Positions 38,101-51,774 are shown, numbered from the stretch's first letter. The stretch: 61,076 bases of DNA from an uncultured Pelagibacteraceae bacterium (GCA_902551865.1 CACDES010000001.1:1-61076), one strand, 5' to 3'. Notes: generated from the letters alone by a model not told the origin. Translations and numbers: made by a program.

Positions 38101-38320
38101 TTTTTTTTATCTTTTTTGTAGTTGAGTAAATTTCTTTAACCTTTTTTTTAAATAGTAAGTCGATATGTCTATTTAGTTGGATCAATCTTTTATAATCATC
38201 AAGCGAACCTGCTAAATCTAGCTCTTTGTTTTCAAGTTTATTTAAAATATCATTAATTTCATCTCTAACCTCTTTTAATGATTTACTTTTAACTTCAGCT
38301 AGAATATTTTCCTTTTTCAT
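38087..38320 (-). CDS. xseB: Exodeoxyribonuclease VII small subunit-like (divergent)
   Basis: 77-aa helical protein with I-L-x-K-L-E..L.L..SL pattern; canonical position upstream of ispA. Confidence 0.6.
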   Translation of the reverse strand: MKKENILAEVKSKSLKEVRDEINDILNKLENKELDLAGSLDDYKRLIQLNRHIDLLFKKKVKEIYSTTKKIKKNDKK

Positions 38321-38341
38321 TGGTCTTATAATAATAACATT

Positions 38342-39289
38342 ATGAAAAATATCTATTCAAATATATTTTCTTTTAACAAAAAAACACTTAACAAATCTAT
38401 TGTCAATTTGAAAAAAGGAAATGTGGTCGGGTTGCCTACAGAAACTGTTTATGGATTAGGTGGAAACGCTTATTCAAAAATAGCTGTGAAAAGAATATTT
38501 GATCTTAAAAAAAGACCAAAAAAAAATCCATTAATTGTACATTATTTAAATTATAAAGATGCCGATAAAGATGTGGTTTTTAATCGAGACTTTTACAAAT
38601 TATATAAAAGATTTTGTCCTGGGCCTATTACTTTTGTTTTAAAAAAAAAGAATACATCTAAAATTCAATCTTCTGTTACTGCAAAATTGAGTACAGTTGC
38701 AATAAGATTCCCCAGCCATAGAATTACGAGATCAATTCTTAAAAAACTTAGCTTTCCATTGGCTATGCCTAGTGCAAATTTATCTTCCGGAATAAGTCCT
38801 GTGAATGCTTTTGATGTTTCAGATGAATTTAAAAAAAAAATTAAGATCATTATAAATAGCGGAAATTCAAAAATTGGAATTGAGTCAACAGTAGTAAGTT
38901 TAGTCGGAAAACCAAAAATTTTAAGGCCTGGAATAATTGGGCTTAAAACTATTAAAAAATTTTTAAAAATTAGTGCTATGAAAAAAAGTTCAAAAATCAG
39001 TGGACCTGGAATGTTGAAAAAGCATTACTCGCCGGGCATTCCTGTGCTATTAAATAAAAAAAAGGCAGATAAAAATTGTGCTTTAATTACAATCGGAAAA
39101 AAATATAAAAATAAGATAAATTCCTTCAATCTGAGTAAAAATTCAGACTTGAAAGAAGCTGCATCTAATTTATACAAAACTTTTAGAAAAATAAAAAAAC
39201 AAGGATTTAAAAAAATTTATGTAGTTAAAATACCTAACCATGGTCCTGGTATAGCAATTAACGATCGATTGCGTAGAGCTTCAAACTAA
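38342..39289 (+). CDS. sua5: Threonylcarbamoyl-AMP synthase (Sua5/TsaC2, with C-terminal Sua5 domain)
   Basis: PTETVYGL, KKRP..NPLIVH, PGPIT, PSANLS, ESTVV, PGMLKKHYSP, AINDRLRRA. Confidence 0.93.
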   Translation: MKNIYSNIFSFNKKTLNKSIVNLKKGNVVGLPTETVYGLGGNAYSKIAVKRIFDLKKRPKKNPLIVHYLNYKDADKDVVFNRDFYKLYKRFCPGPITFVLKKKNTSKIQSSVTAKLSTVAIRFPSHRITRSILKKLSFPLAMPSANLSSGISPVNAFDVSDEFKKKIKIIINSGNSKIGIESTVVSLVGKPKILRPGIIGLKTIKKFLKISAMKKSSKISGPGMLKKHYSPGIPVLLNKKKADKNCALITIGKKYKNKINSFNLSKNSDLKEAASNLYKTFRKIKKQGFKKIYVVKIPNHGPGIAINDRLRRASN

Positions 39290-40021
39290 ATGTATATTCA
39301 AATTAAAAATCTAACTAAAAAGTTCAAAAATAATTTTGCAGTCAATAAGATAAGCTTTGATATTGAAAAAAATAAGACTGTTGGCCTCTTGGGGCCAAAT
39401 GGATGCGGAAAAACCACTTCTATAGGTATGATGCTTGGTTTAATTGAGCCATCAGAAGGGGAAATAATTATTAATAGTCAAAATTTACAATCTTACAAAA
39501 GAGATGAAATTTTAGCTGAAATAAATTTTGCTTCACCTTACGTTGAGCTTCCAAAAAAACTCACAGTTAAACAAAATTTAGAAGTTTATGGAAGGTTATA
39601 TGGAGTTGAAAATTTAAGTAACCGAATAAATGAAATATCTGTTGACCTAGATATTAAAAATTTTTTTGGAAAAAAAACTGGTGAGCTATCTTCGGGACAA
39701 AAAAATAGAGTATCTTTAGCTAAATCTTTAATTAACAAACCAAAAATTTTACTCTTGGATGAACCGACAGCAAGTTTAGACCCTGATATTGGTGATTTTA
39801 TAAGAAGCTACATTCAAGAATATAGGTCAAAGAATCAAGTTACGATTCTTTTGGCCTCTCACAATATGAATGAAGTTGAAAGACTTTGTAATAGTATAAT
39901 AATGATGAAAGAAGGAAAAATTATAGACAGAGGAACATGCTCTGAAATAATAAAAAAACATGGAAGAAATAATCTAGAAGAAACTTTTCTTAAGTTGGCT
40001 AGGAGTAAAAATGAACTTTAA
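39290..40021 (+). CDS. ABC transporter ATP-binding protein (ABC-2/NodI-DrrA type exporter)
   Basis: GPNGCGKTT, LSSGQKNR, LLLDEPTASLD, SH switch. Confidence 0.92.
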   Translation: MYIQIKNLTKKFKNNFAVNKISFDIEKNKTVGLLGPNGCGKTTSIGMMLGLIEPSEGEIIINSQNLQSYKRDEILAEINFASPYVELPKKLTVKQNLEVYGRLYGVENLSNRINEISVDLDIKNFFGKKTGELSSGQKNRVSLAKSLINKPKILLLDEPTASLDPDIGDFIRSYIQEYRSKNQVTILLASHNMNEVERLCNSIIMMKEGKIIDRGTCSEIIKKHGRNNLEETFLKLARSKNEL

Positions 40022-40802
40022 CAAAATTTATGCACTTGGATTAAGGCATTTGTATTTGATAAGTAATTCATTTCCCAGAGTTTTAGATTTAATATACTGG
40101 CCTACAGTACAAATTTTCTTATGGGGATTCATTTCAAAATTTTTTACACTTAGTTCAGAGTATTATAGCAATACAGTTGGAATAATTCTTACTGCTGCGA
40201 TTTTATACGATTTTTTATTTAGAGCGAGTATTAGCTTTAATATGATGTTTTTAGAGGAAATTTGGAGTAGAAATTTTACAAATTTATTTATCGCTCCAAT
40301 TAAAATAAGTGAAATCATCACTTCATTAACTATAACAGCAGTTTTAAGAACTCTTATTGGTTTAATTCCTGCCTCAATTCTAGCAGTACCCTTGTTTGGT
40401 GTTTCAATTTTTGAATTAGGTTTGCCATTACTATTTTTGTTGATAGCTTTATATCTCTTTGGAATAAGTTTGGGCCTTCTAGTAGCATCTGGATTATTAA
40501 GGTTTGGTCCATCATTTGAAAATATTGCTTGGGCAAGTTTATTCTTTTTCGCTCCTTTAGGATGTATATACTATCCAATTGAAATTTTACCTAATTCCCT
40601 TCAAATTATTGCTAAAGGACTTCCGCTTGTTCATATATTTGAAGAAATGAGAAATATTCTTATAAATGATATAATTAACTACTCTGACATAATTAAATCA
40701 ATATCTATATCTATAGTTTATTTTATATTTGGTGTTATAATTTTTTATATTTCATATTCTGGGGCCAAACAAAGAGGCACATTAATAAACATGGGTGAAT
40801 AA
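40011..40802 (+). CDS. ABC-2 type exporter permease
   Basis: About 6 TM; LEEIWSRNFTNLFIAP and YYPIEILP motifs; overlaps the ATPase gene. Confidence 0.88.
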   Translation: MNFNKIYALGLRHLYLISNSFPRVLDLIYWPTVQIFLWGFISKFFTLSSEYYSNTVGIILTAAILYDFLFRASISFNMMFLEEIWSRNFTNLFIAPIKISEIITSLTITAVLRTLIGLIPASILAVPLFGVSIFELGLPLLFLLIALYLFGISLGLLVASGLLRFGPSFENIAWASLFFFAPLGCIYYPIEILPNSLQIIAKGLPLVHIFEEMRNILINDIINYSDIIKSISISIVYFIFGVIIFYISYSGAKQRGTLINMGE

Positions 40803-40807
40803 AAATT

Positions 40808-41515
40808 ATGCGTGAAAAAATTGAACAAATTAAAAAACTTGAGTCTGCCCCAAAAATTATAAAAAATTTATATAGTGAAGATGAAATTGAGGAGTTTTTA
40901 AAGTTATATAAAGATCTTCCAACCACAGTTCATAACAAAAAACAAAATGTTATAAAAAAAAGATGGCTCCAAGGTTATAATAAAAAATTAGAAAAATTAT
41001 TTTGTGAAAGACTTGAAAAAGAAATTGGTGGTTTTAAAATGGATAATCTTCAAGATGAAAACGGTAAAGACATTTTTGGTCTTATACAGGAAAGTCATGC
41101 TCCTATTGGTTTACATGTGGATGCTGGATTTGAGCCAAAAAGCCAGATATACAAACAAAGCTTAATTCCTCTTTCTCCTGTAGGGAGTACAGTTATTTTT
41201 AAAAACAGATTTTACGAACAATCAACAAGTTTTACTCAAGACCCCGAAGAACTAAAAAAAAAAAATTTAAATTATGGACAAAACAAAAGATCATCTGAAC
41301 ATCTAAAGCTATACGGCGATACACCTTTTGATAAAGAAATACACGAAAAGTATTTAAAACATGAAAACATAGATAATTTAAAAGGTTTAGAAGTAGAACT
41401 AATTTACAAGTGGGAAGTTGGTTCAATGTTGATTTTTGATAGAACTCATTTACATTGTTCTTCATCTGTAATTGAAGGTAAAAAAATAGGTATAGCAACT
41501 TTTACAAAAAAATAA
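40808..41515 (+). CDS. Hypothetical protein, probable 2OG/Fe(II)-dependent oxygenase fold
   Basis: IGLHVD (HxD) ... GSMLIFDRTHLHCS (distal His), ending in a K-containing terminal beta strand. Confidence 0.55.
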   Translation: MREKIEQIKKLESAPKIIKNLYSEDEIEEFLKLYKDLPTTVHNKKQNVIKKRWLQGYNKKLEKLFCERLEKEIGGFKMDNLQDENGKDIFGLIQESHAPIGLHVDAGFEPKSQIYKQSLIPLSPVGSTVIFKNRFYEQSTSFTQDPEELKKKNLNYGQNKRSSEHLKLYGDTPFDKEIHEKYLKHENIDNLKGLEVELIYKWEVGSMLIFDRTHLHCSSSVIEGKKIGIATFTKK

Positions 41516-41524
41516 AATTTTTTT

Positions 41525-42463
41525 ATGTTTCCAAGAAAAATAAAAACAAGTATAACAAAACTTATATTACCATTTTTACATAAAATACTGCAATTGTTGA
41601 AAGCTAATACAAGAGCAGTTAATTTTCTTAATAATAAAAAAATTAACGCAAACAACAAATATAATTTTCAAACAAGTATCGAAGCATTGCTCAAAAATAA
41701 AAAATTAATTGGTCTTGACGTGGGAGCTCAAGGAGGTTTCAACTCTGATAAATATTTTCCAGAAAAGTATAATAAATACTTCGAGTCTATTTTGGTTGAT
41801 CCGTTTAAAAACTCTTTAAAAGGAAAAGAAAGCAAGCACACAATTAATAAAGGGCTTTGGAGCTCTAAAGGCAAAAGAAAACTTTATATTCTTAACAAGC
41901 GCCCTCAAAGTTCTTCTATGTATGAGCCAGACAAAAAATCATTAGCAATTTATGGTTTTGAGGAAAAAGATTTTCATTTATTTGAAGTAAGTAAAACTGA
42001 AATGGTTGAATGTGATACAATCCACTCAAGTCTTAAAGAACTAAATATAAATACTTTAGATTATTTAAAAATTGATACTCAAGGAGCTGAATTAGAAATT
42101 CTTAAAGGTTTAGAAAATTATAGACCTCTAATGATAAAATGCGAAGTTCAGATATTTCCTATGTACAAGAATACTCCTTCTTGGACAGAAGTAACTGATT
42201 TTTTGTATAAATTAGGTTATATAGTCTCTGATTGGAGAAAAATAGGATCACACGCTACTAGAACCCCTGTAGAAATGGACATGATATTTATCCCAAATTT
42301 TTTATTAGATTCTGGAAAGAAACTAATCCTTGAAAAAGAGAGAGAATTTATAAGTTTAATGCTTGTATCTGGCCAAATAAATTTTTTAAAAAAAATTTCT
42401 AAAATCCTAAGTTTAGGACATTCTGAACTTTATATGAAAACAAAAGACAAATACTTTAATTAA
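41525..42463 (+). CDS. FkbM-family SAM-dependent methyltransferase
   Basis: LDVGAQGG motif I; DYLKIDTQGAELEILKG FkbM signature. Confidence 0.85.
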   Translation: MFPRKIKTSITKLILPFLHKILQLLKANTRAVNFLNNKKINANNKYNFQTSIEALLKNKKLIGLDVGAQGGFNSDKYFPEKYNKYFESILVDPFKNSLKGKESKHTINKGLWSSKGKRKLYILNKRPQSSSMYEPDKKSLAIYGFEEKDFHLFEVSKTEMVECDTIHSSLKELNINTLDYLKIDTQGAELEILKGLENYRPLMIKCEVQIFPMYKNTPSWTEVTDFLYKLGYIVSDWRKIGSHATRTPVEMDMIFIPNFLLDSGKKLILEKEREFISLMLVSGQINFLKKISKILSLGHSELYMKTKDKYFN

Positions 42464-42469
42464 TAGTAT

Positions 42470-43276
42470 ATGGCAATTTTTGACTGCTTCCAATATTTTA
42501 ACGAAGATCATATAGTAGATCTAAGATTAAATATTTTAAATGAATTCGTAGATAAATTTGTAATAGTAGAGTCTACAGTTAATCATCAAGGTAAGTCAAA
42601 AAAATTACATTTCGATATTAATAAATATAAAAAATTCAAGAATAAAATAAATTATATTATTGTAGATGATACTCCTGAAAATATAAAAAAACCTCATGAA
42701 GGAGGTGAGTCTTTAGTAGAACAATATCAAAGAAATTCAATTATTAAAGGTTTGAAAAATGCTAATGATAATGATTTAGTTATTTTATCTGATGTAGATG
42801 AAATACCAGATCTAAATAAGTTAAATGAATATGATAAAAATAAATATGCAGTATTTTCTCAAAAGATGTTCATGTATAAATTAAATTTTTTTAATTTAAA
42901 AGAAAATAACTGGCATGGATCAAAAATTTGCTTAAAAAAAAACTTTAGGTCTCCTCAATGGTTGAGAGATCTTAAATTTAAAAGATATCCTTTTTGGAGA
43001 ATAGACAAAATCAGAAACTTACAAATAATTAAAAATGGAGGCTGGCATTTTGCCTATCTTCAAACTCCTGAAAATATATCAAAAAAAATAAAATCATTCG
43101 CTCATGGAGAGTTTAATAAAGCTAATATCTCAAATGAAGAAAATATAAGATTAAAGATTAAAAAAGGACAAGATATTTTTGAAAGAGGTCATAACTTAAA
43201 AAAAGTAGAAATTGACTCATCATTTCCAAAATATATTCTTCAGAATAAAGATAAATTAAAAAAATGGATTATCTAA
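42470..43276 (+). CDS. Family 17 glycosyltransferase-like (beta-1,4-GlcNAc transferase/GnT-III-like)
   Basis: FDCFQYFNE..LDLRL, VDKFVIVES, EQYQRN, SDVDEIP, GGWHF, KIKSFAH motifs. Confidence 0.8.
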   Translation: MAIFDCFQYFNEDHIVDLRLNILNEFVDKFVIVESTVNHQGKSKKLHFDINKYKKFKNKINYIIVDDTPENIKKPHEGGESLVEQYQRNSIIKGLKNANDNDLVILSDVDEIPDLNKLNEYDKNKYAVFSQKMFMYKLNFFNLKENNWHGSKICLKKNFRSPQWLRDLKFKRYPFWRIDKIRNLQIIKNGGWHFAYLQTPENISKKIKSFAHGEFNKANISNEENIRLKIKKGQDIFERGHNLKKVEIDSSFPKYILQNKDKLKKWII

Positions 43277-43280
43277 TTTA

Positions 43281-43357
43281 TGGTGCGCCCGGAAGGATTT
43301 GAACCCTCAACCTCCTGATCCGAAGTCAGGCGCTCTATCCAGTTGAGCTACGAACGC
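43281..43357 (-). tRNA. tRNA-Arg(TCG)
   Basis: GCGTTCG...CGGGCGC-ACCA; D-arm GCTCAACTGGATAGAGC (A20); anticodon arm CCTGA-CTTCGGA-TCAGG; GAGGG-TTCAAAT-CCTTC. Confidence 0.95.
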
Positions 43358-43382
43358 ATTTGACTATAATTTAAATTAAATC

Positions 43383-44363
43383 ATGAATAACTCAATGAAA
43401 TTCTTAGTGAAAAAAAGAAATGATAATAAAAGGCTTGATATTTTCTTATCAGAAAAAATAAATCATTTAACAAGATCAAGTATCAAGAAAATTATTGAGT
43501 CCAAAAATGTAAAAATAAATGAAAAAATAGCAAATTCTCCAGCAAAAAAAGTTAAGATTAATGATGAGGTAATAATTAAATTGTTAATAAAGATATCTGA
43601 TAAATTACTGCCCAATAAAATAAAATTGGATATTCGTTTTGAAGATAAAGATATTCTAATTGTAAATAAGCCAAAAGGAATGGTAGTGCATCCAGGAGCA
43701 GGTAATTACGAAAATACTTTAGCAAATGCATTAATTTATAAATACAAAAATAGATTATCTAATATCAATGGGGAGTTGAGACCTGGGATAGTTCATAGAA
43801 TAGATAAAGAAACTAGCGGTTTGCTAGTTATTGCAAAAAATAATTTATCTCACTCTAATCTTGGGAAACAATTTAGCGAACATTCTATAAAAAGAAAATA
43901 TTTATGTCTAGTTTGGGGAGTTGTAAGGCCACTTACAGGTCGTATAGAAACATTAATTTCTAGAAATAAAAAGAATAGACAATTGATGATGGTTAGTGAT
44001 CATAATGGTAAAAAAGCGATAACAAATTATAGAACTATAAAAGTTTTCAATATTAAAGATATTCCAAAGATTAGTTTAATTGAATGTGAGCTAGAAACAG
44101 GAAGAACACACCAAATAAGAGTACATATGAAATATAAAGGCACTTCTTTATTGGGTGATATTCAGTATGGTAAAAAAAATATTAAATTTAAGAAGATAAA
44201 TGAAGAATTTTATAAAAAACTCTCTGCTCTTAGTGGTCAAGCCCTTCATGCAAAGAGTTTAAGTTTTATTCATCCTTCCAAAAATAAATGGGTAAATTTT
44301 GAGTCTGAACTACCTAATGATTTCAATAAATTATTGAATTTTTTGAAAAATCTTTGTAGTTGA
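43383..44363 (+). CDS. rluD: RluA-family pseudouridine synthase (RluD)
   Basis: S4 domain (RLD...TRS), VNKPKGMVVHP, HRIDKETSG, LETGRTHQIRVH, QALHA. Confidence 0.92.
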   Translation: MNNSMKFLVKKRNDNKRLDIFLSEKINHLTRSSIKKIIESKNVKINEKIANSPAKKVKINDEVIIKLLIKISDKLLPNKIKLDIRFEDKDILIVNKPKGMVVHPGAGNYENTLANALIYKYKNRLSNINGELRPGIVHRIDKETSGLLVIAKNNLSHSNLGKQFSEHSIKRKYLCLVWGVVRPLTGRIETLISRNKKNRQLMMVSDHNGKKAITNYRTIKVFNIKDIPKISLIECELETGRTHQIRVHMKYKGTSLLGDIQYGKKNIKFKKINEEFYKKLSALSGQALHAKSLSFIHPSKNKWVNFESELPNDFNKLLNFLKNLCS

Positions 44364-44393
44364 AAAAAGAAATCTGATATATAAATCAAAAAT

Positions 44394-47387
<2,994 letters not shown>

Positions 47388-47391
<4 letters not shown>

Positions 47392-48722
47392 TTTTTTATT
47401 GATCGTTTAATTATTTTAATACATTTTAAAATTAAACTTTTATTATATGATTCAGCCATAATTCTTATTTTTGGCTCTGTTCCGGATTTTCTAACTAAGA
47501 CCCTTCCTTTATTTCCCATAATTTTATTTGCTTTTTTAATTGCATTTTTGCACTTTATTTTATCGATTAAACTTTTGTCTTTAACAACAATATTTTCCAA
47601 GACTTGAGGTAGAGGTTTAAAAACATTTAATAATTCGCTTGCCTTTTTTTTCTTTCTCAAAGAAAATAAAACTTCTAAAGCTACCATCAATCCGTCTCCA
47701 GTAGTTGCAAATTTCCCCAAAATTATGTGTCCAGACTGCTCTCCGCCTAGGTTAAAATTTGATTTCTTCATTTTTTCTTTTACATATCTATCGCCAACTT
47801 TTGATCTAAAAAATTTTATTTTTTCATTTTTTAAAAAAGTTTCTAATCCATAGTTTGACATTAATGTCCCAATCACCCCTCCTTTTAAAATCTTTTTTGA
47901 TTTCCATCTTCGTGCAAGCATTGCTATAATTTGATCTCCATCTATTATTTTTCCTTTTTCATCGCACATAATTATTCTGTCTGCATCTCCATCGAATGAT
48001 ATTCCAACATGAGCTTTAAATTTTTTTACGGCTGATTTGATTTTAGAAGGGTACATAGAGCCACATTTGTCATTAATATTAAAACCATTAGGCTTTACGC
48101 CTATAGATATGACCTTTGCTCCAAGTTCTTTTAGTAATTTAGGGGCAGCTTTATATCCGGCTCCATTAGCACAATCCAAAACTATTTTTGTACCTCTCAA
48201 ATGAAAATTTTTAGGAAAATTTTTTTTTAAAATTTCAATATATTTATCATTTCCATTTTCTAATCTTTTTACTCTACCTAATAATTTAGGATTTGTTAGT
48301 TGTGTTATATTTTTTGCGTCAATTAATTTTTCAATCTTCTTTTCTATTCGATCCGACAATTTCATGCCATCAGGTCCAAACAGTTTAAGACCATTGTCGT
48401 GATAAGGATTGTGAGATGCTGTAATCATAATACCCATATTAGCTTTCATGGATTTTGTCAGCATTGCGAGTCCATTTGTTGGTAAAGGCCCTAACGTAAA
48501 AACATGCATACCTCCAGATACTAAACCTGATACTAGAGCGGGTTCTAGGGTATATCCTGATAATCTTGTATCTTTAGCTATAATGGCAATCTGTTTAAAT
48601 TTTTTTTGATTTTTAAAATATGTTCCTGAAGCTAAACCAAATTTAAAAAATTTTTCACCAGTAATGTTACCTTGATTAACAATTCCACGGATCCCATCAG
48701 TTCCAAAATATTTATTTTTCAT
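47388..48722 (-). CDS. glmM: Phosphoglucosamine mutase
   Basis: FGTDGIRG, TASHNP, DGDADR, GGEQSGH, RKSGTEP. Confidence 0.96.
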
Positions 48723-49789
48723 TAGTTTTTAAAATTTGATAAAATTTTTCTAAATACTAAAATTCCTTGTTTGACTTCATTGACGTTATGTACTCTAAAA
48801 ATCTGAACTCCTTGAGATAATAAAAATAAAACAGAAGCAATAGTTCCTCCGATTCTTTCTTTGCTATCATTAACTCCTGATATTTGACTTATAAATCTTT
48901 TTCTAGAAGTTCCTACCAAAATAGGAAATCCTAGACTATGAAACAAAGATATCTTAGAAATTAAAGTCAAATTATGTTTCAAATTTTTACCAAATCCAAT
49001 ACCGGGATCTATAACAATTTTTTTATTATCAGTTTTTTTTATCCCTTTTTCAAAAAAATCGTAAATATCTAATAAAACATTTTTGTATTTTGGACTCTTT
49101 TGCATTGTATTAGGTGTTCCTTGCATATGATGAAGAACTTTCGCAATGTTATAATCTTTTAACCTCAATAAGGATTGTCTGTCATAATTAAAGCCTGAAA
49201 CGTCATTAATTAAATCTGCTCCATAGTTAATTGCCTTAATCATTACTTCTGATTTTCTTGTGTCTATTGATAAACATATTTTTTTATGTTTTTTTTTAAA
49301 ATTTTTTACAATATTTTCAATTCTTCTCCACTCTATATTCGTCAAAACTGTTTTTGAACCAGGTCTAGTAGACTCGCCTCCGACATCAATTATGTTTGCT
49401 CCAGCTTTTATCATATTAAAGATATGTTTTTTGGCTTTTTTCTGTTTATTAAATTTACCTCCATCAGAAAAACTATCTGGTGTTAAATTTAAAATTCCCA
49501 TTATTGAAGGCTCTAAAAAATTTACATTTTTCAAAAAATTTTTTCTTTTCAAAACTATCTTTTTTAGATCTTTCTTTACTTTTTTCCTACAGGGAATATT
49601 TAAAGTATCTAACTTTTTTAATTTAAGAATTTTTGATTTAATTTTATTATTTTTTCTTGAAATTACTTCAACTTTATCAAAGGCAATATTATTATTACCA
49701 CATAAAGGTAAAGCTATTTTTTTTTTGATTAGAAGTTTTGCGTTAATGCCATAATAAAAATTACACGCTCTAGTGTAATATTTTGTCAT
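48722..49789 (-). CDS. folP: Dihydropteroate synthase with ~90-aa N-terminal extension
   Basis: MGILNLTPDSFSDGG, DVGGESTRPG, INDVSG, DPGIGFGK, GTSRKRF, RVHNV. Confidence 0.95.
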   Translation of the reverse strand: MTKYYTRACNFYYGINAKLLIKKKIALPLCGNNNIAFDKVEVISRKNNKIKSKILKLKKLDTLNIPCRKKVKKDLKKIVLKRKNFLKNVNFLEPSIMGILNLTPDSFSDGGKFNKQKKAKKHIFNMIKAGANIIDVGGESTRPGSKTVLTNIEWRRIENIVKNFKKKHKKICLSIDTRKSEVMIKAINYGADLINDVSGFNYDRQSLLRLKDYNIAKVLHHMQGTPNTMQKSPKYKNVLLDIYDFFEKGIKKTDNKKIVIDPGIGFGKNLKHNLTLISKISLFHSLGFPILVGTSRKRFISQISGVNDSKERIGGTIASVLFLLSQGVQIFRVHNVNEVKQGILVFRKILSNFKN

Positions 49790-49795
49790 GATTAT

Positions 49796-51691
49796 TTAGA
49801 CTGCTGGCTTTGGCTTTAAACCTAATGAACCAAGAGCTGAGGATGTTTTGCCATCATCCTGATCATCCTCTTTGAAAGATCTCGTTGGTTTTATATCTTT
49901 TAAAATTAAATCTCTTATCTCATCACCCGATAAGGTTTCGTATACTAAAAGAGCTTTCGCTAGTTTATGAAGGTCGTCAATTTTTTCCGTAAGAACTTTT
50001 TTTGCTCTTTCATAGCCTTTATCTACAATTTTCTTCACTTCAGAGTCAACTTTTTTTGCAGTTTCTTCTGACATATTTTGTTGTTTTGTAACTGATCTAC
50101 CCAAAAATACTTCTTCTTCGTTTTCTCCATATGCAATAGTTCCTAGTTCTTCGCTCATCCCGTATTTTGTTACCATATTTTTTGCCATTTTAGTAACCAT
50201 GTCAATATCAGATGAGGCTCCTGAAGTTACTTTGTCATGTCCAAAAATTAATTCCTCAGCAATCCTGCCTCCCATAGCAACTGCTATATCAGAATGCATT
50301 TTTTCTCTGGTTACTGAAAGCTGATCTCTTTCAGGAAGTCTCATTACCATGCCTAAAGCTCTGCCCCTAGGTATAATTGTAGCTTTGTGAATTGGATCAG
50401 ACGCTTTTTCATTTAACGCTACAATAGCATGTCCGCCTTCATGATAAGCAGTTAATTTTTTTTCATCTTCCGACATCACCATAGACCTTCGTTCAGCTCC
50501 CATCATTACCTTATCTTTAGCTTCTTCTATGTCTGACATTGTAACAACTCTCTTATTTTTTCTTGCAGCTAACAAAGCTGACTCATTTATTAAATTTGCT
50601 AAGTCTGCGCCAGAAAAACCAGGTGTACCTCTTGCAATAGTTCTTAGTTTGACATCTGGTCCAGTATTTATCTTTTTTACATGAACTTTTAAAATTGCTT
50701 CTCGTCCAATAATATCTGGATTTGCAACAACGACTTGTCTATCAAATCTACCTGGTCTTAATAATGCTGGATCTAAAACATCAGGTCTATTAGTAGCTGC
50801 AATTAATATTATACCTTCATTAGTATCAAACCCATCCATTTCCACTAAAAGTTGGTTAAGTGTTTGCTCTCTTTCATCGTTACCACCACCAAGTCCTGCT
50901 CCTCTACTTCTTCCTACTGCATCAATTTCATCTATAAAAATTATACAAGGAGAATGTTTTTTTCCTTGCTCAAACATATCTCTAACTCTAGATGCTCCTA
51001 CTCCAACAAACATTTCCACAAAGTCTGATCCTGAAATAGAAAAGAATGGAACATTAGCTTCTCCAGCGATAGCTTTTGCTAATAAAGTTTTTCCAGTTCC
51101 TGGAGGGCCTATCAATAAAGCTCCTTTAGGTATTTTTCCTCCCAGTCTACTAAATTTTTTTGGATCTTTTAAAAATTCTACAATTTCTTCAACTTCTTCT
51201 TTTGCCTCTTCAACTCCTGCAACATCATTAAAAGTGACTTTACCTTGGGCTTCATTTAAAAGTTTTGCTTTTGATCTACCAAAACCCATCGCTCCACCTT
51301 TGCCTCCTTGCATTTGACGCATAAAGAAAATCCAAACACCGATTAGTAATAGCATTGGGAACCAAGAAAGTAATATGCCTAAAAGTGATGGCATTTTATC
51401 TTCCAGCGGAGTAGCTACTATGCTGATGTTTTGCTCTGATAACTTCTCAACTAAGTTGGGATAATTTGGAGAATAAGTATTAAAAGTTTTTCCATCAGAT
51501 AAAACTCCAGAAATATTATTTCCTTGAATTTGAACTTCAACTACTCTTCCTGCATCTACTTCGCTCATAAAGGTTGAGAAAGGAAGCTTATTTTTTTCAG
51601 AGTTTATCTTTTCAGGATCTTGAAACATATTAAATAACCCTACAGAAAGTAAGACTATAATTGCCCACATCACTAAATTCTTAAAATTCAT
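49796..51691 (-). CDS. ftsH: ATP-dependent zinc metalloprotease FtsH
   Basis: 2 [42 protein letters not shown]. Confidence 0.99.
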   Translation of the reverse strand: MNFKNLVMWAIIVLLSVGLFNMFQDPEKINSEKNKLPFSTFMSEVDAGRVVEVQIQGNNISGVLSDGKTFNTYSPNYPNLVEKLSEQNISIVATPLEDKMPSLLGILLSWFPMLLLIGVWIFFMRQMQGGKGGAMGFGRSKAKLLNEAQGKVTFNDVAGVEEAKEEVEEIVEFLKDPKKFSRLGGKIPKGALLIGPPGTGKTLLAKAIAGEANVPFFSISGSDFVEMFVGVGASRVRDMFEQGKKHSPCIIFIDEIDAVGRSRGAGLGGGNDEREQTLNQLLVEMDGFDTNEGIILIAATNRPDVLDPALLRPGRFDRQVVVANPDIIGREAILKVHVKKINTGPDVKLRTIARGTPGFSGADLANLINESALLAARKNKRVVTMSDIEEAKDKVMMGAERRSMVMSEDEKKLTAYHEGGHAIVALNEKASDPIHKATIIPRGRALGMVMRLPERDQLSVTREKMHSDIAVAMGGRIAEELIFGHDKVTSGASSDIDMVTKMAKNMVTKYGMSEELGTIAYGENEEEVFLGRSVTKQQNMSEETAKKVDSEVKKIVDKGYERAKKVLTEKIDDLHKLAKALLVYETLSGDEIRDLILKDIKPTRSFKEDDQDDGKTSSALGSLGLKPKPAV

Positions 51692-51774
51692 ATTATTTAA
51701 ATAACCATTATTTTATATTTAACAAGAGTATATTAAAGAGAAATAAGTTGTAAATAAGACAAAATATATCACTT

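Noticed and set aside
48722-49789. FolP N-terminal extension as a novel fused domain
   Set aside because: There are no recognisable catalytic motifs (not FolK-like), and similar extensions occur in other alphaproteobacterial FolP proteins.
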